Below are positions 37,877 through 50,753 of a stretch of 64,000 nt of DNA, piece by piece (the first letter of the stretch is position 1; each line of letters begins with the position of its first letter). The DNA comes from Eledone cirrhosa. Taxonomy: Eukaryota. A model generated the notes under the pieces. The model was not told where the DNA came from, ran no database searches, and was given only the letters and a program-made list of their open reading frames with translations. The stretch spans positions 115,692,001 through 115,756,000 of the forward strand of contig OZ024742.1 in NCBI GenBank assembly GCA_964016885.1, read 5' to 3'. Both the position numbers and the translations under genes were made by a program.

Positions 37877-39700
37877 TACAATATATTAATAAATGGAAAC
37901 TATATTTATAAAACCATATTTGTTTTATTATACATATTTCAAGGGCAACCAAGGCAAATTATGGTGCACTTTCATCAGGTAAAATACAGATATGTTTTAT
38001 AAATAAATATTGACATACCCGGAAAAAAAGACATTTAGTACATTTATTGAGAGTGATACAAAGTTATGAGTGAATATGCAAATGAGTGTCCGAAAGGTTG
38101 AAAAGATAACGGTTTATTTAAATTAAGCTGTTGGAAGAAGATGATATGTAAGGGAGAGAGAAAAAAGAAAAAAGAAAAAAGAAAAAAGAAAGGAGAAAGA
38201 TAGAAGAGGGAAAAAAACGATTATATATATTGATAGTGAAAATAGAGTGCATGAAGAAATAAGTTTCAAAGGATAAATATACACAGTGTAAGTAGATCTA
38301 AGTGAAAGAAGAAATGAGATTAACGTGGAAGAATAATATTTATAATGCAGGGTTCAATACGTTTTGATTATAATACTTATAATGATAGGTTGAAAAATTA
38401 GCTTAAAATTAAATGAAAATTAAAAAATTAGAAATCAAAATAAATTTTAAAATTTACCTTAATATTAAAGATTTAATTTAATAATTTAATATTAATAATT
38501 AGTTTAAATGGCTATGTTAAGGATTATAAATTATTTAAATAAATTATACTATTTTACATTAGAGCAAATCTAGTATAGTTTATTTTATTAAAAGTTGTAA
38601 GTCAAAATTTAAACATCCAAATAATTCTAAATTTATGAAAAAATTACGAGAGTTTACGAAGGATTAACCACTTAATTATATTATAAAAACAGTAAGGAAG
38701 TGTAAAGGAAGTTAGAAGTGATTTTTTTAAGAACTCAGATGACTCTAAAGATTAAATGTTATAAAGTTAAAAAGTTGAACAGTTTTTTATCTTAAGAATA
38801 TAATTAAAACATGAACCATATGTTATTTTATACGATGTCATAAATTACTTGCTATAAAGTTAAATAATTTAAAAAAATTTATCTTAAGAATATATTTAAA
38901 GCATAAGCCATAGGTTATTCCACATATATATAAAAAAAAAACATATATATATAAAAATCATGTGTTTTTTCACCATATGTATAAACAGTTGGATATATAT
39001 ATTAAAAACGTTTGAAGATATAAAAGTATAAAAATATAAAAATATTGGAAGGTATGAAAATAATGGTTTTTACTATTTCTTTCAAAGGAATTTTCAAAAG
39101 ATTTTTCTTAAAAAATTCCGTAAGTTTTTCTTAAAGGAGTTTCAAGCAGTCATATAAAAAATGTATAATCTATCGATAGGTTTAATAATATAAGGTATAT
39201 AGTATATATATGTGAAGTAGAGATAATAGAAAGTAAATTAAATATATGAATCATATATAGATATAGAAGACATTATGTAAAGGTGATAAATCATATATTA
39301 CATTTTATATATTTATTTAAAAGTTGAGTTTAAACGATGATTGCAGGAACTAAATAAATTATTTCGCAAATTAATAGAGTTCTTACTTTTTAGTATAAAG
39401 AATATTTCTTCAACGCAAAGTGAGCAATTTTTGGATAAAGCAGTGTATGAAGGAGCTTTGGAAATAATTTCCCAAAGTAAAGAATAGTTAATATTCTTGG
39501 AATTCAAGACCAATAATAAGTTAGATAGAGAAGTTGAAGATTTGTTACCAATATCGTAAAGGAACATTTATGGTTATTAAAACGAAATTTGAAGTCTGTG
39601 GAAGTAGAGCCGACAAGGTTAAAAGAGTTTTCATTTGTTTTGACATTACATTTGTATACTATATTATCGAAAAACAAGTGTGTACGCAATGAATATTGCT
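37877..39700 (-). mobile_element. 3' part of a third Penelope-like element: GIY-YIG C-terminus, long AT-rich 3' UTR and hammerhead motif
   Basis: ORFs 39504-39689 and 39313-39567: NIVYKCNVKT...VGSTSTDFKFRFNNHKCSF...TSLS...WEII...CSLCVEEIFFI...INLRNNLFSSCNH. Hammerhead core at 37937-37978. Confidence 0.75.
37930..37986 (-). ncRNA. Minimal hammerhead ribozyme motif
   Basis: CTGATGA-aagtgcacc-ataatttgcctt-ggttgccctt-GAAA-tatgta. Confidence 0.6.
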
Positions 39701-40129
39701 ATTGGATGAGCATTAGATAGACATATCAAAAAGTAATCTTCATGCAAAATCAGCATAGCGTGGAATTTGACTATATTGTCCATTTGAAATCAAAGTGCAT
39801 TCCTTCCGGCGATTTACAAAAGGTCATCCAACTAAAAGTTTCACGTTTCCATTAAGATTCGAATTTTTTAAGGAATTTTATTTTATATCTTATTAAAATA
39901 AAATGTTTCTTTTCCTCTTTATCTATTTTAGTGACGATATTTTCACCGTCCTTTTATACACACATACACACGCGCACATGCATACAATCGCAGACACACG
40001 TACACACAAACGTACACACATAAATGCATACATACATTATTAGGTACATACTTACAGAATGGCTGCATCTCAGTTTCGAGAATTTCCATCCCTTGAAAAT
40101 GTTTTTATACAAGGGTGGCAAAATCATGA

Positions 40130-40560
40130 CTATTTAGCCTTGGCAATGATTACTTAGCCAAGCTAAGTCTATAGAATAGGAAAAGGCCATTCATACGCAG
40201 CAAAGAAGTGATTATTTAAGTTTTTTAGATGTAAAAAGGAATTTTTTAATTGACTATATTCCAAAGGAACATACAGATGGAGATTACTATGTCAAGTTTC
40301 TTAGAGAGTTACGAAATGCTCTAGAGACCAAATGCATGACGGAATTCTTTAAGAGGAAAACGCCCGAGCGCAAACGTTCCTAGTTTCAATGGTTTCATGT
40401 GCATCAGTATGGCTGCGAAATGGATTATCACCCTACTTATCCTCCTGATTTGGCTCAATCTTACAATCATATATTCCCCCACACGAAAAGAGGGTTGGCT
40501 GGCAACCAGCATCGCATTTATAATGGCGTCATATCTTCTGTTGATCGATGGGATGGAGGT
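40130..40560 (+). mobile_element. Mariner transposase relic
   Basis: DVKGIF*LTI...DYYVKFLRELRNAL, then HPTYPPDLAQSYNHIFPHTKRGLAG, a decayed HPPYSPDLAPSD motif. Confidence 0.8.
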
Positions 40561-40617
40561 ATGTTGGGATATACATATCATTTCGTCACATTGAGCCTAT
40601 GAGGAGCCAGGGGACCA

Positions 40618-40679
<62 letters not shown>

Positions 40680-40829
40680 GTCCGCTAACATACATATATA
40701 CATATATATATATATGTATATATGCAGAGGTTATATTTAATTTGTTGGGATTCAACAAGCCTAATCATTTCAACAATCTTAAACATTTTTATTACTTGTA
40801 TAAAGCACTCAACAATTAGTGGAGTAAAT

Positions 40830-41324
<495 letters not shown>

Positions 41325-41325
41325 A

Positions 41326-41550
41326 TATAAGAGACGTAAAATAAGAAAATTATAAAATTAACTTACTTACTAAGATATCACTTCTAACTAATTAGTTTCT
41401 GGAATGGAGTAAATATATTTTCCGAAGAATAATAAAGAGAAGCATTCCGTCGTCAGGAAGGTCTATTCTCATGCAAGTTTATAATTAGTTGGAAGTGATA
41501 TTTTAGTAAATAAGTTAATTTTATAATTTTCTTATTTTACGTCTCTTATA
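41326..41550. mobile_element. Small foldback (~68-bp arms) with a hammerhead motif in the spacer
   Basis: tataagagacgtaaaataag...actaatta is inverted at 41482-41550. Minus strand 41396-41456 reads CTGACGA-c-ggaatg...cattcc-a-GAAA. Confidence 0.75.
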
Positions 41551-41662
41551 TTATTGTTCTGCAACCCCATGCATTGAACCACACTGTTATTAAGACAAAA
41601 CCTATATATTTGCTACCATGGATATACATCTGTATGTATATATATGTTACTAGATATGAATT

Positions 41663-41704
<42 letters not shown>

Positions 41705-42377
41705 CTTTAATAATGTACTAAAATGTGTATTTTAACTCCTAGAATCAACGATTAACTGATTAATTTATTTAGATAATTCTATTGATTGATTAATTGTTTA
41801 TCTTTTTTTGGATAACCTGTAGTTGAGTGCTTAATTCGGTTTGTCTAAGGGAATTTCATTCCTTTCTCTCAAATTTCGAATTCACCGCCAAAACGGGTGT
41901 TACATGCCTTGGAGAAAACCACGTATCTATAGCTAAATTTACTGCTAGAACATACCCGCAGAGGCTAAAGAACACAAAACTTGTTGAAGAAGTAAATCCT
42001 TTGTTCTCTCGTCAAAGACCATTAACTTACAGACCCCAGCAAGCGGAATCTGTCGATCTTGGATTTGCAGAAACCTAGTGCTGATATTCTGTGCTGTATG
42101 TGATGTATATCGTATGTTATACGATATGCATTATATGTTTCATTCGGTCTCACCGTTATGTCCAGGTCAGTCTAAAATCTTTTCCTGAGTCCAACCATTC
42201 TCGTTGCTGTGGTAATGCGGCTGGACTGCCGAACGCTATATTTGATTTGCTAAGCTGTCTAAACGTGCTGTTATTACTCTGGGGTACTATTCCCATTCGA
42301 ATGCTAAAGCTACATACCGAATTTGCATTCGTCAGATTGGCCGCACACTAAAGATTCGTTAATGCTGTACTATAATT

Positions 42378-42480
<103 letters not shown>

Positions 42481-42717
42481 ATGCATGTATGCAAGAGGAC
42501 ATAGTAACGGGGAGTGAGAGACCATTTAATTCTGCTTATGACATCCTTCTAGGCGGAGGAAAACTCTATGTAAATCCTGTGTCTCAAAGGTAGGCAAATA
42601 CATTGACTTGTTATTCTTTTGGGATATGTGTCACCGTTGTTCAGACTTTTGGATTGACCTATTGCAGGGTTCTGCTTTCTCAACTTAAAAAAAAAACATA
42701 GATATCACATGATTTAA

Positions 42718-43068
42718 ATGGGTATCACAGTAGTCAAATTTCGGTTTTTCAACAAGAGAGAAGATTTAACTATGTGTGTTTACACAGCAAATGCAAATCT
42801 GCGAATGACCCATCGCCCGTTTTGCATTTGTTTTTAAATACACACATCGTACCAGTGTCATCCCAGTGGCGTGAATAGGATTATCGACAGCTAGAAATAG
42901 CAGCCGAGTGATTGCAACTGAGTTAGCTCTACAAATAAAGGGCTGTACATATATATATCTAAAATTAAATTAAGGGTGCCATATCCGAGAGACGTGCGCC
43001 ATATCGACTGTAGAATATGCTCAAAGATTCCAATGAATAGATCCGAGCATTTTATATCAACTAGAAAT

Positions 43069-43150
<82 letters not shown>

Positions 43151-43705
43151 AACACAAGAAATAATCACAGGGTATAATTTGTAAAGTGTGTAAGCACACA
43201 CAGTTCGGCAGTTAACTAATTAAAGTTTAACTAGAACTTCAAATATAGATACATTTTAAAATTATTAATATTCCTTGTTTATATTTCATTAAAGAAATAA
43301 TATTTCACCATTAATGGGTATCGCAGTAGTAAATAACGGATTTTCAACAAGGGAGAAGATTTAACTGTGTGTTTACACAGCAAATGCAAATCTGCGAATG
43401 ACCCATCGCACGTGTTGTATATTTTTTTAAATACACACATTGTACCAGTGTCATCCCAGTGGCGTGAATAGGATTATCGAAACTAGAAATAGCAGCCGAG
43501 TGCTTGCAACTGAGTTAGTTCTACAAGTAAAGGGCTGTATATATATATATATCCACAATTAAATTAAGGGTGCCTGTCCGAGAGACAAGCGCCATAGCCA
43601 CTGTAGAATATGTTTACACATTTTACAAATTATCCCCTGTGATTGTTTTGTGCGTTTATTTTGGATATATATATATATATATGTCAATCAATTTCTAGTT
43701 GATAT
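42718..43705. repeat. Non-coding element: ~596-bp unit, head-to-tail half unit (43314-43612), then inverted piece (43612-43705)
   Basis: aatgggtatc(a/g)cagtagt at 42718 and 43314. 43612-43705 is the reverse complement homolog of ~43055-43195. Confidence 0.85.
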
Positions 43706-43904
43706 ATATATATATAGGTATATTTAAAAAGTCTATGACACCATTCCCAGAGCGTTCGATGCAACGTGAGACCGTACATCAGCGATACATAGTTGGTGGC
43801 GTTGCTCGAAAGATCAGAGGCTACGCTTTAGTACAGCCGTTGTCCATATATACCCGTCCAACTTCTGGTAGCAGCGAAAGTGTTAAAACGACAAAGATGA
43901 TATG

Positions 43905-44084
<180 letters not shown>

Positions 44085-44730
44085 TGTTTGTGAGTGTGTG
44101 CATGTCTATTATAATACGTATTATATATATATATATGAGCATAACATGTAGATAGATAGGCTAACCTCGCTTTACAATAAAGCGAACTTCATCCATTAAC
44201 CGCACACAGAGCGAATTAATCGCATACATTTTATGATACATTATGATAATTGAAGTTTATCACGGATACTATAGCTTCAACATTCTATATAAACACCATT
44301 CTGCTAATGTCTGTAATCACATGCTGGTATCGATACATATTAGTTTACATCTAATACCATACATTCAATTTCATATATCAACGATATGAATCACTTGAAT
44401 CACAGCATGTTACTGCACAAACTAATTTATGTTGCATGTCAATGTCACAAATGTTGAGAGTTATGGCATATATGAAAAGTAATTTTCTACTGAATAAAAG
44501 TATAAGCTGATATATTTAATATATATTTAACCTAAATAGAAAACATCATGGCAAACAGTAGCGAACATATTCGCAGATCCAAATTCATATATAATCACAC
44601 ACGAACACAAACTCACACACATATATGTGTGGGGTGTGGGTGCATGTAAAAGGTAAACAGAAATAACAACACAATCGGTACAGTATATGGAAGGAATATA
44701 TTAGGTTAACGCTTGAAATAGCAGGATGAG

Positions 44731-44768
44731 GGTCTTAACGTTTCGTACATTAGTCTTTCATCAGAAGA
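44731..44768 (-). ncRNA. Degenerate minimal hammerhead motif in a PLE-type terminal fragment
   Basis: CTGATGA-aagactaatgtac-GAAA-cgt-ta with palindromic AACGTT stem III. Stem II pairs poorly. Confidence 0.5.
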
Positions 44769-44889
44769 AATAATGAGAAATAAGTTCGTTTGAAGGGATG
44801 GGCGGGTTGTAATTGGAAAAAAATGTCTTTAGATAAAAATAACAGGTCCATTTAGATAAAAATAACAGGTCCATTCGTGTTCTATACGT

Positions 44890-45473
44890 AGTTTGCCTGA
44901 AATGTAACGGGACTGGTGTCACAAATATTGTTTCGCGTTTAAGTCTAATGCACCTTTCTATCGTTCTCTGCCACGCTTTTATGTACTGCTGGAAGGATTA
45001 TTTATGGTTGTTTGTCATCCCTTTACTAGTGCATTCCTGATGGCGTCGACGGCTTCAAAACGGGTCCCCTTAATGATCCCCGTGAGCTTAGGGAAAAGAA
45101 AAGTCACACATGGAGCAAGATCAGCTAGATAGGAAGGGTTTTCCAGTACGATGAAATTATTCTCACCCATCAACGGGCGAATGTTGGGCGTATTGTTACC
45201 CAATGACCTTCCACCACGCAGCACCTGCTTCACACGTTCAACGTTGTCCTCAGTCATGCTTGTTAAAGGTCATCTGCTCCTCACGTCCCTTTAAAACTGT
45301 TGTGCATTTCGAAAATCTGTGCGCGGTATGTTGTCTCATCTCCATATATTTCCTTCGGTATTCAGAGTGCTTCTGGGAGAGTTTTCCCCAGAGACACCAG
45401 AAACTTCAGATTGGTTTTTGCTCTGTATCCATCGCACAACGGTTTAAAGTTCAGTAGCTGTTAATACAGGTAC

Positions 45474-45475
<2 letters not shown>
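44890..45475 (-). mobile_element. Internally deleted mariner relic
   Basis: MTEDNVERVKQVL (post-HTH linker) fused to LENPSYLADLAPCVTFLFPKL...KGTRF (decayed YSPDLAPCDF). Confidence 0.8.
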
Positions 45476-45516
<41 letters not shown>

Positions 45517-45601
45517 AAAGTTTTATTTAAAATTGTTGGGTTACAACGAGTAAATATTTTATAACTGATATAAAAGCACTCAACAAGTTTTGGAGTAGAT
45601 T

Positions 45602-45961
45602 TACGATATTAAACAAATGGAAACTATATTTATAAAACCATATTTATTTCATCATATATATTTCAGGGATATCATATTAAAAATATGGTATGCCTTCCTC
45701 AGACAAAATACAATATATAAACCGTTTTATAAATAAATTTGACATACCTTAAACATTACAACTTCCATTTAAAAAGTTTAAATCAACTTTTTAAATGGAA
45801 GTTGTAATGTTTAAGGTATGTCAAATTTATTTATAAAACGGTTTATATATTGTATTTTGTCTGAGGAAGGCATACCATATTTTTAATATGATATCCCTGA
45901 AATATATATAATGAAATAAATATGGTTTTATAAATATAGTTTCCATTTGTTTAATATCGTA
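45602..45961. mobile_element. Foldback palindrome (~177-bp arms, 6-nt loop at 45779-45784), diverged relative of 40830-41196, one hammerhead motif per arm
   Basis: Shares aaatggaaactatatttataaaaccatattt and ttttataaataaa...gacatacc. Cores CTGAGGA...GAAA at 45861-45902 (+) and 45661-45702 (-). Confidence 0.85.
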
Positions 45962-46142
45962 TATATATATATATATATACATATATATATAGCAATAATA
46001 ATAACTGTGGAGACTAACATCCAAAGAGGCTCGATAAGGATAAATATATATCAAATATATAAGAACCGTAGAGCAAGTATTTATTAAAATAACAGATAAA
46101 ATGTTAAGCAAAGAATCGCTGCTTTCACCCTTAACGGGATCT

Positions 46143-46224
<82 letters not shown>

Positions 46225-46338
46225 GTAGGTCCCGGGTTGAGTCGTCGATAACCACAGTAAGTAAGGTACTCAATACATGGCAGAGTAAAATTTTTTATTT
46301 TATAGAAGGAGCTTCTACAGGACTAGTACTGTTTCATT

Positions 46339-46469
<131 letters not shown>

Positions 46470-46495
46470 ATATGTATATATATATATATATATCT

Positions 46496-47938
46496 CTAAA
46501 ATTAAGATAGATTAAAATAATTCAATCAGAATCGAAATTGTGGGTGTCATTCCTTAACGGAATGCGCCATATCGCCCGGAAAATAAGCTCTAGGACTTTG
46601 TAGGTACGAGCATTTAATAATAACTAGGAATTGATCAACATATATATAAATAAATATAAACATGAAAAATCACAGGAGTTAATTTCTACAAGCGTGTAAC
46701 CACGCATGGCTAGTAGGTAACAAGTAAATAAAGTTAACTAGAAATTCAAAGATATATTCCTTTTATTGATTAATCTTCCCTGTATATATTTCATTAAAGA
46801 AATATATGTCACCAATTAATCAGATGGTAAGTCACGGAAAGTGGATATTATTGGATTATCAACAAGGAAGAATAATATCAAGCGATCCATGTTTACACTT
46901 CGAGTCAAAATCATAAACTGGCCGTTACCACGTGTTGATATTATCACAGTGGCTTCGTTTCAGTGGCGTGAATAGGTATTAGACAACTAGAAATAGCAGT
47001 CAATTCCCTTCAACAGAGTTAGCTCTACAATTAAGGAGCAGTATTTATATATCAACACTTGGTAACGGCCAGTTTCGATTTTGACTCGAAGTGTAAACAT
47101 GGATCGCTTGATATTATTCTTCCTTGTTGATAATCCAATAATATCCACTTTCCGTGACTTACCATCTGATTAATTGGTGAAATATATTTCTTTAATGAAA
47201 TATATACGAGGAAGTTTGATCATTAAAAGGTATATATTTTTGAAGTTCTAGTTAACTTTATTTACTTGATACCTACTAGCGTTGCGTGGTTACACGCTTG
47301 TAGAAATTATCTCCTGTGATTGTTCATGCTTATATTTATTTATATATATGTTGATCAATTCCTAGTTATTATTAAATGCTCGTACCTACAAAGTCCTAGA
47401 GCTTATTTTCCAGGCGATATGGCGCTTTCCGTTAAGCAATGACACCCACAATTTCAATTCTGATTGAATTCTTTTAATCTATCTTAATTTTGGATATAGA
47501 TATATAAATACTGCTCCTTAACTGTAGAGCTAACTCTGTTGAAGGGAATTGACTGCTATTTCTAGTTGTCGAATACCTATTCACCCCACTGAAACGAAGC
47601 CGCTGTGATGTGTCATATCAACACGTGGTAACGGCCAGTTTATGATTTTGACTCGAAGTGTAAACACGGATCGCTTGATATTATTCTTCCTTGTTGATAA
47701 TCCAATAATATCCACTTTCCGTGACTTACCATCTGATTAATTGGTGAAATATATTTCTTTAATGAAATATATACAGGGAAGATTAATCATTAAAAGGTAT
47801 ATATTTTTGAAGTTCTAGTTAACTTTATTTACTTGTTACCTACTAGCCATGCGTGGTTACACGCTTGTAGAAATTATCTCCTGTGATTGTTCATGTTTAT
47901 ATTTATTTATATATATGTTGATCAATTCCTAGTTATTA
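46496..47938. repeat. Non-coding element: one ~567-bp unit followed by ~1.6 head-to-tail units in inverted orientation
   Basis: 47051-47494 is the reverse complement of 46496-46940. caacac(t/g)tggtaacggccagttt recurs at 47052 and 47619 (period 567). Confidence 0.9.
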
Positions 47939-48974
47939 TATGTATATAATCATTGAGGTCATAGCGTAGCGAGGTTTCGAGAACGCCATTGTAAAACACT
48001 ATACATCCGTATCCCTCTGTCCATTGACGAAAGAGGTGCTTAGTAATCGACTTGTTTTCAGGATATGACCATCGAGCTACTGTTGTGGAGAGCCTGCGTG
48101 CAGGCGTCAACGCTGATAAGAAGTCACCAACTTATTTAAGTTTACAGAAATCATACAAAAATATTCTACTATATTACATCTGCGATAACTTATATTCCTC
48201 AGACGTTTAATATTCAGTTACCAGAAGCAAACAGAACAGACCTATATCAGCTACTGGTGACGCATCCCATTTCATGAACAGATTAATATGATGGGGTTTA
48301 TACAGCACCCTATGACAATCAACATAATATAATACACGTTGCAACCTTCGGACTTAAATTGAAAATAATTAAAATGCATCTGAACATACGGACATAATTC
48401 ACATCCTGTTCCGGACACACACATGTGTGTGTCATTGTGTATGTGTGCGTGTGTGTATGTGCGTGTATGTATGCAGTTTCGCCCCTTCTCACCCAATATT
48501 TGTGTAAAAATAATGTGTTTATGTGTACTCTATTACGTGACATATAGTTGTACTGTGAACATCTTAAGTATTTCTACCTCCCATTGTATTTTACTTGACT
48601 TGTAGTAATACTTTTCTTTTAATTATACATTCTCATTCTTACATTTTTTACTCTTAGAATCAGCTCTGCCAAGATATGACAATCATTTCTCCAATATATC
48701 CATTACTAAGTAGTTGCAACAAATGAATGTTGTTGCAATGGCTTTGTTAGGATCATAAACATGCAATGCTTAGTATTATGATCACCATCATCTTCAGGAT
48801 GGTCACAAGGATGATGAGGTAAAGTTATATGCCGTTCTTATTGTTTAGCAGCCTAATTCCTTGCTCTAAGTACGTCATTCATAAGTAAATTGCCATATAT
48901 ATCATATATGCATCTCTTTCACAAGAAGATATTCATGGTAAGCATTTTTCATGAGGAGACAAATACAATGGAGG

Positions 48975-49190
48975 GTCAGAATCGTCTGCCAAATACTTAG
49001 CGGCATATACTCTGACTCTTTACGACCGCTGTTCAAATCCTGCCGAGGTACTCCTTGGCTTTAATTCTTTGAGGGTTGATAGAACATAATTCTTGTCAAG
49101 TACTGATGGCGATTTAATTTACTTTCTTCCCTCCCTCTTCCGAAATCTACGGCCTTATTCCTCAAGTGGATGTCAATATTTTTGAAACAA
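48975..49190 (+). mobile_element. tRNA-derived SINE relic
   Basis: aaatacttagcggcat...gttcaaatcctgccgagg...ggccttattcct, same family as 24070. Confidence 0.65.
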
Positions 49191-50698
49191 AATTCAGTTA
49201 AATGCATCTGTTTCACTATATTTAAGAATCTGATGTAGAAATATATCTTGTTTATTTGATTTCAATTTCGAGTGGTGTATATAGTTTAGAGATTTACAGA
49301 AGTATCTCTAATTTATTCGCTGTATTTCAGTCTTTGGACTATCACTGGCATCCACTAAATCATGATAAAGGCTTCGTACTTGAAGAAGAAACCCAAGAAG
49401 GGTAAACGCCGAGAGGAGAAATGATTGATACTGTTCATATCACTGGTTGAACTGCGTCAAAATGCACCAGCTATTTGTCGTCACTGTTTAAGAAATGTAT
49501 GTGTTCCAAGTGAGGGAGTGGAGATTTTTGTTTCGTTTTTGACATCTATAGTTTAAAAATTTCATAATTCAATTTTAATACTTATTTTAAGAAAATGTTT
49601 CTTCTTCGTTGGTCATTTCTGCCATTCCAGAAAACTCGATACATTAATATATAAGTGACATTGTATCTTCTACAATCACTGGCAGCCCCAGTCAGGACTG
49701 AAATACTGTGGCCATTGAACATCCTACAACCATATGTCGATATGTTAGGCACATGTCACTCTACAATGGCTCATTCTGAAATCTCAGTCGTAGTCACCTC
49801 TTTGAATTGGTCTGGGGACATCAAACTTAGTTGAGTAAATCACACAAATACATAACACATTCTTCAGCTTATTGACTAAAGCAAGAACAAAAGCAAAGTT
49901 GACTTCGTTGGGAATTGAACTGAGACTAATAGGTTTAGAAGTACATAATGCAATGAATGTCCTCCAATGATTTTCGATTCTCTTATTCCCCCAACCAGTT
50001 AAAACATTTTGATATTTTAAAAAACAAGAAACAGGATCGGCATATATTTTCAGGGCCTACCATATTAAGCATTTTCTTTATTATATTTATAAAGATGTAT
50101 GTTTCCTCTGAATATCTAATGAGATAAATCAAAATCAACGCAAAACACAAAATCGTTATCTCTGTGTCTTGAAGGAGTGGCTTTGTAAGCTCCGCGCATG
50201 TTCAACTTAATAATACAGCGCTAGCTATTACATTCATCTTGATTCATCTTGTTTTAAAAAAAAGATAAATATCCCGGTAAAAAATAGAAAATAACCTGTC
50301 ATTCAAATAGGGTATTATCATAGAAGATTTCATTCTCTGCATATGTTGAGAGCAATTATTCTTGGAGAATTACGGGATACATGGAGAATCAGGCTTACGA
50401 TGAACTTGACTTTTCAACTTGTACGTCATAATCTCCAAAACACCTACAGTTGAGGTGCCATATTCGATATTTATATATACAAAGTAGCATTATATTTCCA
50501 TGTCACTCTCTCACACAAATATATATATATATATATGCGTGCGTGTGTGTATTTATAATTAAATATATATGTATGCATATATATATATATATATATATAA
50601 CACATACACACACAAACACACATACATATATATATATGTGTGTGTGTATATATATACATATTGATGTATATATATATATATACATACATATATACATA

Positions 50699-50753
<55 letters not shown>

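Noticed and set aside
42888-42903. gctagaaatagca resembles the SpCas9 sgRNA scaffold
   Set aside because: Only the 13-nt GAAA hairpin matches. The flanking gttttaga and agttaaaataaggc are absent, and the motif belongs to a genomic repeat.
47150-47195. Hammerhead in the 567-bp unit (ccgtgactt-acca...tggt-GAAA-tata)
   Set aside because: The 5' core reads CCGTGA here and CTGYGA in the sister family, not CUGANGA, so it cannot be called.
48060-48125. Tc1-like transposase N-terminus (RATVVESLRAG)
   Set aside because: Too short to support without a database search.
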